DNA of 64,000 nucleotides from the human T2T-CHM13v2.0 reference genome, Homo sapiens, in NCBI RefSeq assembly GCF_009914755.1, contig NC_060934.1; one strand, 5' to 3'. Position 1 is the first letter of the stretch. Each line of letters starts with the position of its first letter. The translations under genes were made by a program, and so were the position numbers. Below the pieces are notes generated by a model. It was not told where the DNA came from. It saw only the letters and a list, made by a program, of their open reading frames with translations, and ran no database searches. Below are positions 18,453-36,283 of this stretch, piece by piece.

Positions 18453-18680
18453 CTTGTTGACACGAGCCTGTGTCCCAATGGAAATGACTGTGTAATGAAA
18501 GAGGTATGCTTGCTCTGACCTTCTCAGGGTGAGGGCTTTGAAATAATTTGAGACAAATACACCTTGGGGCACTTCACACAGATGCGTGAGTGAACCCTTC
18601 CCTCTAAATGGTGTTAGGCCATTTCACAAACATGAAATAGTTGCCATGTGTTTCTCTGAGAATAAAATATAGCCACAGGA

Positions 18681-18892
<212 letters not shown>

Positions 18893-19242
18893 TTATATAT
18901 ATATATATGTATATATATACACACACACACACACACACGCACACATACACACACACATACATACACACACCATATATATGTGTATATATATGTATATACA
19001 TATGTATATATGTGTATATATATGTATATACATATGTATATATGTGTATATATGTATATACATGTATATATGTGTATACATATGTATACATATGTATATA
19101 CATATGTGTCTATATGTATATACATATGTATACGTATATGTATGTACATACATATGTATACGTATATATATGTACATACATATGTATATGTATATATATA
19201 CACACATATATGTATATGTATATATGTATACATATATATATG
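18893..19242. repeat. Compound (TA)/(CA)/(TATG) microsatellite of about 350 bp
   Basis: Directly visible alternating purine-pyrimidine run. It is the source of the spurious Y/I/M/T/H-rich ORFs. Confidence 0.98.
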
Positions 19243-19511
19243 TAGCCACAGGAGATAATGTCCTTACTGTTCTAAAGATCAGGAGGATCTTAGTCATCGC
19301 TCTCTCTCTCTCCTTTTCTTCCTCCCTCCTCCCATAATATGTATATATGCCTTACATCAACCTGTGCATATAGTAGTTCTATAAGCCTAATAGAACAGTC
19401 CAAAATAATAATTTTGATGCATTATTTACTTCACATTTAAACATTTTCTGAAAAGTAAGAGTTGGGTTTGTTTTTGGTTGGTAACTATGTCATTTTAAGA
19501 CTTCTACCAAA

Positions 19512-19801
19512 GGCCAGGTGCAGTGGCTCACGCCTATAAGCCCCAGCACTTTGGGAGGCCGCAACATGCAGGTTGCTTGAGCCCAGGAGCTTGAGACCTG
19601 CCTGGGCAATACAGGGAAACCCCATCTCTACAAAAAAATGCAAAAATTAGCTGGGTGCAATGGCACGCACCTGGAAGGCTGAGGTGAGAGGATTGCTGGA
19701 GCCCAGGAGGTTGCTGTGAAATGTGATCGCAGCCATTGCACTCCAGCCTGGGTGACAGGGCAAAGACCCTGCCTCAAAAGAAAAAAAAAAAAAAAAAAAA
19801 A
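19512..19801 (+). mobile_element. AluJ with small internal deletions
   Basis: Alu text. Flanks are aagacttctaccaa / aagactttgccaa. Confidence 0.9.
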
Positions 19802-20022
19802 GACTTTGCCAATCCTGGGATCCTCATAACCACAATCAAATGGCTTACTTTTAGCTTACATTTCAAAGACATGGTAGAGTAGGTATTCAGCATTTTGTAA
19901 CTGTTTTGGGAATTTTAAAGGTTATTAAGTTCTGAATAACAGTCGCTCATGTTTTCCCACCAAGCTTTTCCCAGCAGTTGAATATATCTGGATCTTATTC
20001 TGGTTTTTTATTCTTTTTTTAG

Positions 20023-20151
<129 letters not shown>

Positions 20152-20610
20152 GTGAGGATCTTCAACATCTTTCAAAAATGCATTTATATAGTCTTACTTT
20201 GTTTCTTTCATTGCACTCTATAATGATTTTTAAATTAAGAATTTTTTATCTTAGGCAAAGTGTGTCTCTTTCAATTCATTAACTTATTAATTTTATAATG
20301 CAGTTTTATTTTTGGAAACATATAAATATCAGACTGTCCTTAATTGAAATTTTGTCTTTGGTTTCCAACACCATGATGAAGCTCTTGCTTTTTAAAAAGT
20401 AGTTAGTAAATTCTGCATGAATTTTAGTAAACTTTAAAAAATAGATTTTTTCCCTAAGAAAGAATGTTTGTAGAATTTAAAGTGGACAGATGCCTGTTGG
20501 GGTAAAATCAACTGCAACTTTTTGATGTTAATTTTTTTCCCTGTGCAATTATAAACTATAAGCAAGTTAAGTGACAAGCAAATGTAATAAAGACTAGTTT
20601 TAATATGGTG
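20152..20610 (+). other. SLC39A12: SLC39A12 3' UTR (AU-rich, repeat-free)
   Basis: Lies between the stop codon and the poly(A) signal. The end coordinate is estimated at about 20 nt after AATAAA. Confidence 0.75.
20586..20591 (+). terminator. Polyadenylation signal AATAAA
   Basis: First AATAAA after the stop codon, preceded by TGTA and followed by GT/T-rich ggtggtttttatt. Confidence 0.8.
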
Positions 20611-21354
20611 GTTTTTATTACCTTCTGTTACTGGATGTCAGATTCTGAGTCATCTCTTAAAAAAACAATGTATAGTTCACCCACTGACTCTAGAGCGCTT
20701 GTGAACAAGCCATTTTGGGAGACCTAAAGGATAACATGTCAGCATTCTTCTATGTAAGTCGTCAAATGAAATCTGTTCCAGGCAAGGGGAGCTGGAAACA
20801 TAAGATGAAGTTCAAAATTTTTAAAGTAACAAAACTGGAGTCAGGCAGTAGATGAATGCCTAAACTCTCACAGATTTAACAGAGAATATTTATGGGAATA
20901 ATCTCACTAACACGTGAGATATATTTTATCTTCTTTCTGAGGAAACAGAATCCTGAACAGGATTTCAATAGGTAAGTTCATGAAATGTACATGCAATTTA
21001 CTGATAACCTAGCGAAAGTGTTAAAACAGAAAATAACCCTGGCTTTAGTCAGTTTTCTTAGAAAACAGATACCTTATATTTTTCTTATTTTTTAAATGCT
21101 ATTTCTTGACAAGGGAAAAAACCCATTTTACTCCCAAAATGACTCATGGTGCTCAGTCAAAAACATCTCTCCTATCTCTTACTCACCAGTAGGTTTTGTT
21201 GTTGTTGTTTGTTTGTTTGTTTTGCTATGCCCTACCCAAACACTATATTTTTTTTTCAACTACCTTTCTTTGATTCCAAAATGAGGTGGATTTTTTCTCC
21301 AGTTGTCTTTAGAGCTTAATTTAAGCAAAGGCCATGCATCATCACTGGATAGTG

Positions 21355-21855
21355 CAATAGTTCTAAAACTTTGGCACAAACAAGAATTAACCAGAATATT
21401 TATCTATGAAAAACAGAGCTTGGCCGAGCATGGTGGTTCATGCCTGTAATCTCAGTGCTTTTGGAGGCCAAGGCAGGAAGATCATTTGAGACCACCAGGA
21501 GTTTGAAACCAGCCCGGACAACATAGCATAGACCTCATCTCTACCAAAAAAAAAAAAAAAAGTTAGCCAAGTGTGGTGGTGCATGCCTGTAGACCTAGCT
21601 ACTAGGGAGGCTGAGGTGGGAGGATCGTTTGAGCCCAGGAGTTCAAGGCTGCAGTGAGCTATGGTGGTACCTTTGCACTCCAGCCCGGGCAACAGAGCAA
21701 GACCCTATCTCAAGAACTAAACAAAAAGACAGATCGCTGGGCTCCATCCCTCTCTTCTGATTCTGTAGGTCTGGAGTGAGGCCTGTGACCTTGATTTTGA
21801 ACTCCTTCCATGGGATGCTGCTTTTGCTGGATGGGGCACCACTCAGTACCACTGG
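21355..21855 (+). mobile_element. MER5A-like DNA transposon split by an AluJ
   Basis: gttctaaaacttt...aaaacaga [Alu] acagatcgctgggctccatccc...ctgattctgtaggtctgg...accactg. Confidence 0.7.
21422..21728 (+). mobile_element. AluJ
   Basis: J-type right arm. Confidence 0.92.
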
Positions 21856-23399
21856 TGTGATAGATGTTGGGCCGACTTGGCTTCAAGAAAGTTTAGGCGC
21901 ACACCTCTGTTGCCCAAGTCAAGTCATGTGCTTTTAAGTAAGTAGGCTAACACGTCTACAAACCACATGCTAGATGCGAGCTCCTGGGCTGAAACACCCA
22001 TTTCTTTGTCTGCATGCCATGGGACATCAGATCAATCCCAGGAATTATTGAATTAGGACTCCATGCAGCAGTTTTTTTATATTCATATTTTCCCTAAAAG
22101 GTAAGCAGATTTGATACATAGAGCTTTGCCATTTTTTTAAGAGGATAAACTGCAGCTGAACAAAAATCTCTTTGTACAGGTCAGCATGGTGTGGAGGTCA
22201 AAATACTTGGCACTGTCTGTGTTTTGGTTTCTGTGACCGGGTTCTGATTTTGACCTTAAGCTTTAATTTATGCCATTTTAATTAGAAAAGTTCTGATGGA
22301 CGACTTTGTTCCAAGTTCAAGTTTGGAGTCATTTAGAGCTGGCTAAATTAAAATTCTTGGTATGAGCTGCTCACCTTCAAGTTAGAGGAAGTTAAGTTTA
22401 ACCCCCTGCTGAGGTTGGAAATAGTATGCAGAGAGGCTTAAAGGAAGTGAGCTGTCAGAGGATTTAGGAGGACATCGTCAGTGGGTGTTTGCAAGCCTAT
22501 CACCAAAGTGCCTTTATTGTAAGCGGAAACCTGTGGTCATCTGCAGAAGTCATTTGAAGAGCAGTGTGCTGCCTTGGACCCTGGGGACAGCTTTCTAGAT
22601 CACCATCTCTCCCCTCCTCTGCCTTAACACTGGTTTTGTGTTCTTCCAAGGAGTTCAGGTTCCAGATAACAAACCCTAGCCTGTAATGGACCTCCAGCCA
22701 CAAGCAGACTTAGAATTGCTAGAACATCACTATTCCTCAAAACTGAGTGGCAAGAATAAAAGGATGATGGCAACTATTTGCTTTCTAAATATGCGCAGGG
22801 TCTAAATTTGACTCTCCATAACGTCATAGCTTTAAGCTATTTAAGTTATGTGTTACTCACTGATCTTTGGGGTGAATGGTGTTTTCCTTGAAACCAGATT
22901 TCTCAATAGCATTCGGGTATTTATGTTTCCCAGGCTTAAACTTAGCATTCCACTGTATTTCGACTTGGTGATTGACTTGTCGTTGTTATTTTTTTCCCTG
23001 AACTAGAAATGCTTCTGGAGAAAAATCAAAGAGCATATCACACAGAAATCTTATGTGAACATCTATCATCCATAGACAGGGCCATCTTTAGGGATGGGGA
23101 ATCGGCCCGTGTTTCTGTAGTGCTGAGAGCAGAGCCTGGGAAGCTGGTTCCACTGCTTCATGCTGGACAGGACAGAAGTCTTAAATAAACGTGTCCATCA
23201 ATTGTGGTCACTACAAATCCCTCCCCCGCTTCCCAGAACTCAGATTTGGAGGTGAGACTGTGCCTCTTCTTATGAGACACACCTCTCTGGGTTCTGCACA
23301 TTTACAATTTCATTTCCCCACCTAAACTGGAAAGGAAGGGCTGGGTCATGCGGCTACTAACCACTTGGGTAGACGGCACTAATCAGTTGGGTTCTAGGC

Positions 23400-23640
23400 A
23401 GTCATTAAGAATTCAAGCTATAAACTATAATTTTGGTTCAAATCCCAGCTACACTGCCTAATAGCCTTGTAACTTCTTAGAACGGCAGTTTCTTCTTATG
23501 TAAAATAGGGCTAAAAAGAGACCCTCCCTCACAGAATTGTGGTAAGGTCAATATGGGATACTGCTCATGAAGCACTTAGCACTGTGCCTGGAAAATACTA
23601 GTGGCTCAATAAATGTTAATTTGTTATCACTAACATCATC
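23400..23640 (+). mobile_element. MIR
   Basis: ggttcaaatcccagct...cagtttcttcttatgtaaaatagg...aagcacttagcactgtgcctgg...ctcaataaatgtt. Confidence 0.8.
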
Positions 23641-24399
23641 ATCATCACCATCGGTCTTCCCTTCTTTCATCACAGTTTACCTCTCAGTGCTGTACCTTTG
23701 GTCAATGAGATCTTTTTTTTTTTCTTGGTGGAAAATGGAGATCAAGCCTTTTTATATAACTGCAATCTTCAATAAGATCTCCAAACCAGCTCCCACCAGC
23801 CCTTTGAAGTTGTCCTGAATGTTTTTTCATATTGACTCAACTTCCAGAGCTGGAGACATGGGGGCCCCCTCTGATGTGCCCCGTTCTGCCCATCCTTCCA
23901 GGCTTACAAGCAGCATGAGCCCCTCTCTCTTCTTCTTTATCTCGTAACAAGTGGAAATCCATTTTGTTCCACTCCAGTTACACTCCTAAGGTTGAATAAT
24001 GGAGACTCACAGAGAAGAAACTGTCTGAGGTCATTGTTATTGTCACAGTTTGATTTCAACTCAGGGAAGACAAAAAGCAGTTCAACTAATTTCTCCTGTT
24101 ACCAATGCACCTGCTGAGGAAATCAAACCACCTCTGAAAAGAGTCCAACACCATCAAGGTAAACAGGGCATCTGCTCACTGGAGGCCTGGTTTTGTTTAA
24201 GCAGTGCTCCAGTGGGACAGCACACATTTTGGAAACTATCTGGGATTTCTTCTTTACTGACTAGATGGGTCTCACTGTCTCAGCATTTCCATTAAATTTC
24301 AGGGTATGCAGAGTGATCATAGACAGCCCACAGTATCACATAGTGCTAGCCCTGGAACCAGCTTCAGAGATTTAATCCAACTCTTTGATTTATAATGGT

Positions 24400-24740
24400 G
24401 ATGTAATAGCAAGTATTTTTATAGCACTTATTATATACCAGATACTGCTAATAGTGCTTTATGAGAGTCATTTAATTCCAAGAACCCTGTGATTATAGGT
24501 GTAATGCGGTTTACAATTCCATTCTACAGACGAAGAAATTGAGGCCCAGAAAGGTCAATTAACTTGCTCAAGTTTACAGAGCTGAAGTAAGCTCCAGAGT
24601 CTGTGATACTAATCTCTACCTCGCACCCCCTCTGCATAGAGAAACTGAGGTTCAACGAGTCTGAATTACTACCTAAGCTCTTATCTCTGGAAATGAGTTT
24701 ACCTAAGACTAAATTCTATATCCCTGAATTCTAATCCAGC
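24400..24740 (-). mobile_element. MIR fragments
   Basis: ccattctacagacgaagaaattgaggcccagaaaggtcaattaacttgctcaag, plus a second core agaaactgaggttc. Confidence 0.75.
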
Positions 24741-25177
24741 AATCTTAATAATCTTTACAGTCTTCCCTGGTCCTGCTCAATCAAGCCTTCTCACCTATAA
24801 GGTCTTAGTCATCTGAGGTTACTTTTACTATTCCAGTTCATGTTAATATCCCCCTATCGGGACTTGCAACCTATGCAGTAAGTTTTTGCGTTGCCTTCTG
24901 GGTTTTCTAATTGTTGATTTATGGGATGGTAAAGAAAGTGATCAGAGGTGCTAGCTCTGGATCTAGCAGCAACTGTCTGTGAGTTTTCAGGCTTACACTT
25001 CCTCCTCTGAAAAATGGGAGATTAGACTAGATGATCCTTTAAGATCTCACTGAATACAGGCCATTCAATCCTGAAGTAAGGACTCTCTCCCCAGTGGAAG
25101 GGGTGGTTCATCCACTGCACATCAAATAGCACACAGCTTATGGCAGGTTCTGTTATTCTTGTAGAAGCCATTAGTAC

Positions 25178-25942
<765 letters not shown>

Positions 25943-27983
25943 TAATGAACTTTCTAAAGGAGGAATATTCCCAAACATCAAAGCCCTTGGGATTCTCCTC
26001 GGCATAAATATTTGAAGAATTATATTTTTAAAACCTAGGTTAAGGACTGCAAACTAGAAAGTGTCACTAAGGGTCACTCTCTCTTTAGGTTCATTTTCTT
26101 CAACAAACTCAACAGACTGGACACAACAGAGAGAACACGGCTATTAGCTATGTAGATACACAAACCAAGAAGACACGTAACTATGTCTACAACAAAATGA
26201 CGCTTCTAAAAAAGTGACAATCAAGCTGAAAGCAGCTTGAATGATGGATGATAGGGTCACGTAAACCTCAAAAGTAAACCTCACACAGAATGCCCTTCAG
26301 CTCTTGAGAATGACACTACAGAGGAGAAATCTACATGCAGGGCAGCAGCTTTCAATATATAGGTTTATATTTTAAGCAATAAGACCTTTTTATTACAGAA
26401 AAACTTGTGTGGAATCTGCACAGATGCTCTTAAAACTGCCTTGGTAAAAGCCAAGGAATGGAAATCAGGGCTCTAATTTCTTGGTCTCTCCCTTTCCTTC
26501 CTGTAGAAGTCTCCAAGGGATCCCTACTAATATCCTTGGAAGAATAAAATCCTGTATTGTAAGCAAATATTTATAGTTATAAAAAGTATTCACAACCCAT
26601 TGAGTAAAAAAGCAATTTACCAACAAAGCATATAATTCCAGTGTTGTGAATATACAGTATGATATATTACACATATATCCATATTGAAAATGTTCTGGAA
26701 GACTATATGCTAAAATGTTCATAATATTTCCTAAGGGGTGGTATTTAAATGATATGATTTTGCTTTTTTAAAAAACAACCTATATTTCATTATTTTTGGC
26801 ACCACTGTGTTATATTTAGCTTTGGAAATAAGAAACGAGTAAAATAAATTAAAAAAAATCTGTAAGAACTCTGGAAGATTGTGCCATTATTAAACAACCT
26901 AAAATTTCAAAAAGATAATGAGTGAAGTCGCCTATGTGTTCAAAAATCTGCCATATGGGACTTCTGGATTCCACTCTGACACGTAAGGAGCTTAGAAATC
27001 ATTACAAGAAAAAAGTCAAACACCCTAAAAAGCAACAATTCTTCTAAGGTCCTTCAGAGAGCAAAGGTCGCAGGGCAAATTGTTGGCCTCAAAATGTAAG
27101 AGACAGATACAGAGAACTGCAACTTACCAAAGCCGAAGCCCAGGAGCAGAAAACACTGCAGGACCCAGGACCAGTATCCAATAACAAGGTAGAGAAACCT
27201 TAGATTGGCATTGATTAATTGCTCGAATCATACTGTAGAGAAGTTTGAGAGCTAAAAACCCTAGGATGGCCCAGTTTTGCATGGAGGGCCCTCACCTGCA
27301 TGATTTTTACCTCCAGGAACCCTACCAGGTTCTCACAGTGAAGACTGGAGAAAAATCACCAAGTGCTTCCGGCATGGAGAGGGGGAAAGCAGCCATTTGG
27401 AAATACACCAGAGCTTTCTGTTCTTAACAAGGTCTGCCCTCAAGAGAAGCCATTTTACCAGAGCCTATTTGATAAAAATATCAGAGACTGCCAGCCTGGA
27501 AAAAGAGAAGTGCCCAACTGCAGCTCCCCCTAACCTTTCTGTCTACCTAAGAGAGAGAAAATAAAAACTGAGGTCACAGCCCAAGGACACGGGCTCATGA
27601 AAAGGATGAGCCCTAATCATAGGATTTTAGAACACTTCCCCTCCCCTACACCTTATCAACACATCAACAGGGCTCTTGTATAATAACAAGGCCATGCAAC
27701 TGTAAGCACTGTGCATCCCACATGTGATTTCAGAAGAGGCATCTGGAGAAATATAAAGACAACATGGGAGACAAGAACAAGGATACCAGAGGAAATTTTA
27801 GCCTCTGACAACTACAGCTCCAGCAAACACTAATTATAGCCTAACCCCTAGACAGATAAAGGACTAGTACCTCAGTTCCTTTCATTTTGTGTATTGTGTT
27901 GGCTTTCAACATAAAATAACAAGGCATACTAAAAGACAAACAACATAGTTTGAAGATACAGAGCGAACATCAGAACCGGACTA

Positions 27984-28721
<738 letters not shown>

Positions 28722-29820
28722 TTAGAAAAGGTGTAACATACACATAATGGGAATGTGAAGGAGAAGAAAGAAAAAAGAACAGTAACCACTTGAAGCGATA
28801 ATGAGTTAAAATTTTCCAAAATTAATAATAGACATGAAACCCCATATCTAGAAAGCTCAGAGAACACCAAGCAGGAGAAATACCAAAAAATGTACACCTG
28901 ACCATGCCATTTTCAAGCTGTAGAAAAAGGCTAAGAAAATATACTGAAAGAAGCCAACAGACAAATATTTTTACTTTTGCAGGAGCAAGGAGAAAAATAA
29001 GAATTATATTGGCCTTCTCTTCAAAAACCATGCCATCAAAAAGAGTGGCATGAAATATTTAATGTTTCAAGGGATGTAAGCCACCAACCTATAATTCTCC
29101 ATCTAAAGAAATTATTTTTCAAAAGTAAAGGAGACATAAAGACTCTCTCAGACAAACAAAAATTGAGGGAATTTATTGCCAGTAGACTGGTCTTGCAAGA
29201 AGTGTTAAATATAAATTCTTCAGAAAGAAAATGAAGTAGAAAGTTGCATCTGCATAAAGAAAGAGCACTAAAGAATCAAGACACAATAAGATTTTTTATT
29301 TTTCTTCTTAATTGGTCTAATAGATAACTATTTAAAATAATATCAAAAATGTATTTGGTAATTATTGCTTACAGGTAGTTGAAATGAATGGCAGCAGTGT
29401 TATAAGGAATGGGAAGAGAAATTGGGAGTACTCTGTTAAGGTACTTGCCCCACATGGGAAGGGATGCAGTGTTACTTGAAAGAGGACTTGGATTAGTTGT
29501 AAATGTATATTGCAAAGTCAAGAGCAACTGCTAAAAAAATTTTTAAATGAAGTTTGATATGCTAACAGAGTAGAAAAAATAGAAGCATACAAAATGGTCA
29601 ATTTAAACCAGAGAATGCAGGAAAAAAGTGGAAGACCAAAACAAAACAAGTAGAAAAAAGATCATGAATAGAAAACAGTAACAAATATGATAGATATTAA
29701 ATCAACTGTATGAATCACTTTAAGCACCAATGGTCTAAATATATCAATTAAAAGACAGGGTATTGTCAAAGTGGATACAAAAACTAAGACCCAACTATAT
29801 ATATAAAGAAAGCCAGTTTA

Positions 29821-29990
<170 letters not shown>

Positions 29991-30020
29991 GCATTAATTA
30001 CATTTAAAATTAAAGGGATG

Positions 30021-30535
30021 ATACTCCACTGCTGGGTATGTACCCCAAAATTTGGAAATCAGGGACTCAAACAGATATTTGTATACCAATGTTCATATCC
30101 ACATATTTGCAATGGCAAAAAGGTGAAACATTTTCACTGAATCGATGAATAGAATAACAAAATATGGTGTATACGTACAAAAGAATATTATCCAGTCTTA
30201 AAAAGGAACAAAATTCTGACAAATGCCATAACATGAGTGAACTGTGAAGATACGTTCAGTGAAATAAACTGACACAAAAGGACAAATATTGCATGACTCA
30301 ATATATGTGAGGTATCTAGAGTAGTCAAATTCACAGAGATAGAAAATAGAATGGTAGTTGTTAGGGATTGCAGAAGGGGAAATGGGTACAAAGTTTCAGT
30401 TTCAGATAAGGAAACATTCTGGAGATGGATGGTGGTGATGGCTACACAATGATGTGAATGTACTTAACACCAGTGAACTGTACACTTCCAAATGGTTAAA
30501 ATGATAGACTCTATGTTATGTATATTTTACTTTAA
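30021..30535 (+). mobile_element. L1MB-like 3' end nested in the older L1
   Basis: ccactgctgggtatgtacccc...ggagatggatggtggtgatggctacacaa...aatggttaaaatg is an L1M 3' UTR. Confidence 0.8.
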
Positions 30536-32609
30536 TAGAAATAAAAACAAAAGAGATATTCTATGCTAGCGTTAATGACAAGAAAGCTGGAGTAGCTATA
30601 CTAATTTCAGACAAAGAAAACTTCAGACAAAGGAAAATTGTCAAGGATAAGGAGGAGTACTACATGATAATAAAAGAGTCAGTTCTCCAAGAAGACATAA
30701 TAATTCTTAATGTGTATGTGCGTAACAACAGAGTGCCAAAATATGTGAGCCAAAAACTAATAAAACTGCAAGGAGAAATAGATTAACCCACTATTGCCGT
30801 TGAATACTTCAATTGGCCTCTAACAGTAGATAGAAGAAATAAATAGTAATTGATAGATCTAGCAGGCAGAAAATCAGTAAAGACGTAGTTGAACTGAACA
30901 ACACCATCAATCGATTGGATCAAATGACGTCTATAGACTATTTCATCTTCATCCAACAACAGCAGAATACACATTCTTCTCAAGCACACACAGAGCATTT
31001 ACCAAAACAGACTACATTATGGGCCATAAAACACACCTTAACAAATTTAAAACAATAAAAGTTATATAATGTCTGTTCTCAGATCACAGTGGAATTAAAC
31101 TAGAAATCAGTAATAGAAAGATAGCTGGAAAATCCCCAAATAGTTAGAGATTAAACAACACATTTCTAAGTAACACATGAATCAAGGAAGTAATCTCAAG
31201 AGAAACTAATGTATTTTGATTAAATAAAAATGAAAATACAACTTATTATAATTTGTGAGATGCTGTGAAAGTAGTACTTAGAAATTATCATCTTAATATA
31301 TTAGAAAAAAAAGAAAGGTCAAAAATCAATCTATGGTTCTACTTTAGGAAACTAGTAAAAGAAAAAATAAAGACAAAGTTAAGCAGAAGAAAATAATAAA
31401 AGAGAAACTGAAATTTAAAACAGGAAATTAATGGAGAAAATCAAAGAAACCAAAAGTTGGTTCTTGAGCAATATAAATCTCTGGTGAGGTTAACCAAGAA
31501 AAAAAAAAAAAAGAAACAGGACACAAGTTAGTAATATCAGAAATAAAAGCGGTAGCATCCCTGCAGATCCCACAGTTATTAAAAGGATCATACAGAAATA
31601 CTATGAACAGCTCTATGCTCACAATAGATAAAATGCACCAATTCCTTGAAAGACACAATCTGCCAAAACTCACAAAGAGACCGAGATAACCTGAATAGGA
31701 CTACAAGTATTAAAGAAATTGAAACAAACATTAATAACCTTCCAAAACAGAAAGTACTGGGCCCGCATGACTTTACTGGTAAATGCTATCCAACATTTAA
31801 GAAAGAAATTATGCGAATTATCTGCAATCTCTTCCAGAAGATAAAAGCTGAGAGACTACTTCCTAACTCACTCAATGAAGCCAGCATTACCCTAATAACA
31901 AACCAATATCTCTCATAAATATAGACAGAAAAATCTTCAACAAAATATTAGCGAACAAACAATTAAAAAATGTATAAAAAGAACTATATACTATGACCAA
32001 GTGGGATTTATCACAGGTATGCAAGTATGATCGACATTTGAAAACTGATTATTCCATCATATGAGCTAAAGGGGAAAACTTATATGATTATATCAATAGA
32101 TCCAGAAGAAGCATTTCACAAAATCCTACACCCATTCCTGATTTAAAAATGGAAAATAGACTCTCAGCAAACTAGGAATAGAGAGGAGTCTCCTCAATTT
32201 GATAAAGAACATCTGCAAAATCCTGCATCTAGCATCACGCTTAAATGGTGAGAAACTTGAAGCTTTCCCACTAAAATCAAGAATAGGACAAGGATGTCTC
32301 CTCTCACCACTCTTTTACATCATGATCCTGGAAGTCCTAGCCAATGCAATGTGACAAGAAAAGGAAATAAAAGATACACAGATTGAGAAGGAAGATGTAA
32401 AATCGCCTTTGCTTATAGATTCCATGATTATCTATGTAGAGAATCTAAAAAAAATTGACAAAAAAGCTCCTGGAACTAATATGCTATCATAGTGAGTCAG
32501 TAACAGATTCTTTAGGCTACTGCTGGTTCCAGAACTCAATTGTTGACTTGCCACTGCTCAGACACTTCCTTTATGGTTAACATTTAAAAATTAGGTAAAA
32601 AATATGACA

Positions 32610-32790
32610 AGTTAGCCAGGTGTGGTGGTGGTGCGCACCTGTGGTCCTGACTACTCAGGAGGCTGAGGTGGGAGGATTACTTGGGCCAGAATGTTGAGGC
32701 TGCAGTGAGCCATCATTGTGCCACTGCTCTCCAACCTGGGTGTCTCAGTCTCAAAAAAATAAATAGATAAAAATTTAAAAATAAAAAATA
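32610..32790 (+). mobile_element. Alu right monomer (FRAM/AluJ)
   Basis: Single right arm. aaatatgaca occurs on both flanks. Confidence 0.85.
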
Positions 32791-34309
32791 AATATGACAG
32801 GATCTGTGTTTAGTTATCTTAGTTTAGAAGTGAGCTTTGATGATAAATTTCACATCTACATCATATGATGTAATGAAAATAACTTCCCCCAACCATACCA
32901 CTGCCAGTACTAGAGTCATCTTTATATGTTAAGCACTGACTCTATACCCAGCACTCTGTAAGACACTGTATCATCTCCTTTAATTGTTAATGAAACTTTG
33001 AGGCAGTTAATCTTACATGAGTTCACTGATGTTTATAAGATATTGGCAAGGGGTTAATAGCATCTATCTTTCAGGTTCAGTGTAAGGAAGACAAGGGAAA
33101 ATGCATTTGAGAGTACATGCAACCATAATTCTCTATACAAAAGAGAAGATGACTTTATTGCTGACAATTTATTTAAAGAAAAGACACAATCAAATTTGAG
33201 GTCAGATACTAATATTTGTCTGACTGTCCAATTATGTCCTGCATCAAGACAGTTGTCGGTCACTTAGAGCCTAAACAGTTAAACAGAATTTTTCTCTGAA
33301 ATAGGTGTGTGATGTGAGCAGATACAGTTTCTTACACAGAATCATGGGCTGCTATCAAAGGAGGCTTTGATAACCTACAGCTCAATGTGGTGTGATCAGA
33401 AATATGTTGTTAGAGGGTTATGGATGACAAGGGGCTAGCAGCAAAGGAGAGAAAGCAACAGAAAGGGGTTTGCAGAGGCTGGCTTAGCTGAGGGGAAAGG
33501 AGGAAGTTGGGAGAGGGAACACAAGCTGCTCAGACATGATATTAAAGAGGTGTCACAGCCTCAATTCTGATTCCAGAAGTCCTCCTTCCACATGACCTCA
33601 AAGGATCCAGATCTCAGGGTCTAGCGGGCTGTGGTCCAAGGCTCCCACCAGGATCATGGTTGGGTCCCCGCACCTCAGCCCTAGAGGAGTGTGTCTGAAT
33701 TCCAACACCAACCCCAAGGTTAGCTCTGCTAGGCCGATTGCTCCTGCTCCTGCTCCTGCTCTTGCTATGGGCTCATCAGAGGATTTGAGAATCCAGGGTG
33801 TGGGAACCAAGGGAGCAGGATGGCCCTGACCATAGCACTGCAGCTGGTGAGGGGCAGAGCTGCACCCTAAACCCAGCCCTCCTGACCGCCTTTTTGAGTC
33901 TGTTTTTTGTCTTTTGCTCTGATCTTCTTTTTAGACTTCAACCATCTTCCTCTTAAGCAAGAACTTCCCTTGCAAAAAGATTAACAATATTATTTATGCA
34001 ACTCTAGAATGAATAAATATATCCACATACATAATGGGAGTAGCTACTCCCTCCATATCAAAGACTGCCAGCACTACAAGCAACACCTCCATTTGTCAAG
34101 CACCAACTGTGTACCTGGCACTGTTCCAGGCAATATGCAGATATCCACTACTTTGAGGTAGTTATTCTTACATGAACACGTTGGTGTTTAGAGAGCAGAC
34201 ACAGCCATATATAGGGATCATTCAACAATTCTCATAAACTTACATTTTGTAGTTTGTTTACTGATGGTGACATCTGTTTATTAGTTCTACCCTCTGCAAC
34301 ATGAAGTAT

Positions 34310-34510
34310 GGGAAGAACATAGGTTTTGGAGCCTGCCAAAACCTTGCTGTGTTAATTTGGGCAAATTCCTCAACCTCTCTGAGCCTCAGTTTCCATCACG
34401 GATCTAATACTTTCTGCCTCGCAAGATCGTCATATGTGTAAGGAACCTAACACAGCTCCTTCCATGTAATCAGTACTCAATAAACCACAGCTACCATTAT
34501 ATTGTCACTT
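34310..34510 (+). mobile_element. MIR
   Basis: ttgggcaaattcctcaacctctctgagcctcagtttcc core. Confidence 0.8.
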
Positions 34511-34929
34511 CTGTTAATATTATTTACCTGCCTCGTTTCTAGAAAATGAGTAAAGCTTAAATTGAGTTCATTCAAAAGCATTCGTAATAATAATAACATT
34601 AGCAACATTTTTTGAATATTTTCTATATCTGGAGCACTGTTTATAAATGATTATATTATCTCATTTAATCCTCACAGCAACCTTTACTACCTACTTCACG
34701 GTATCATTATGAGAATTGATGAGTAAACACAGTCATGAACCTCACAACACTGCTTCATTCAACACCACGCCATATCTATGATGGTGGCCCCATGAGATTA
34801 TAATGGAGTTGAAAAATTCCTATTGCCTAGTGATGTCATACCCATCATAAAATAGCAAAATTACTTAAAAAATAAATTTAGTGTAGCCTAAGTATAGAGC
34901 ATTTCTAAAGTCTACAATAGTGTACAGTA

Positions 34930-35890
<961 letters not shown>

Positions 35891-36018
35891 GCAGTAATGT
35901 CTTAGGGCTTCACAGTCACTCACCACTCAGTCACTGACTGACCCAGAGCAAAGTCCAGTCCCGCAAGCTCCATTCATGGTAAGTGACCCAGAGAGGTATA
36001 CTTTAAAAAATATTCCAA

Positions 36019-36283
36019 GTCTGGGTGCAGTGGCTCACCCACCCAGACCTGATCATGAGGTCAGGAGTTCGAGACCAGCCTGACCAACGTGGTGAAACCC
36101 CGTCTCTACTAAAAATACAAAAATTAGCCAAGTGTGGTGGTGGGCGCCTGTAGTTCCAACTACTCAGGAGGCTGAGGCAGGAGAATTGCTTGAACCGGGA
36201 AGCAGAGGTTGCAGTGTGCTGAGATCTCGCCACTGCACTCCAGCCTTGGAGACAGACCGAGACTCTTAGGAAAAAAAAAAAAA
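36019..36283 (+). mobile_element. AluS with a rearranged or deleted left arm
   Basis: gtggctcac is followed by ccacccagacct, then gatcatgaggtcagg. Confidence 0.9.
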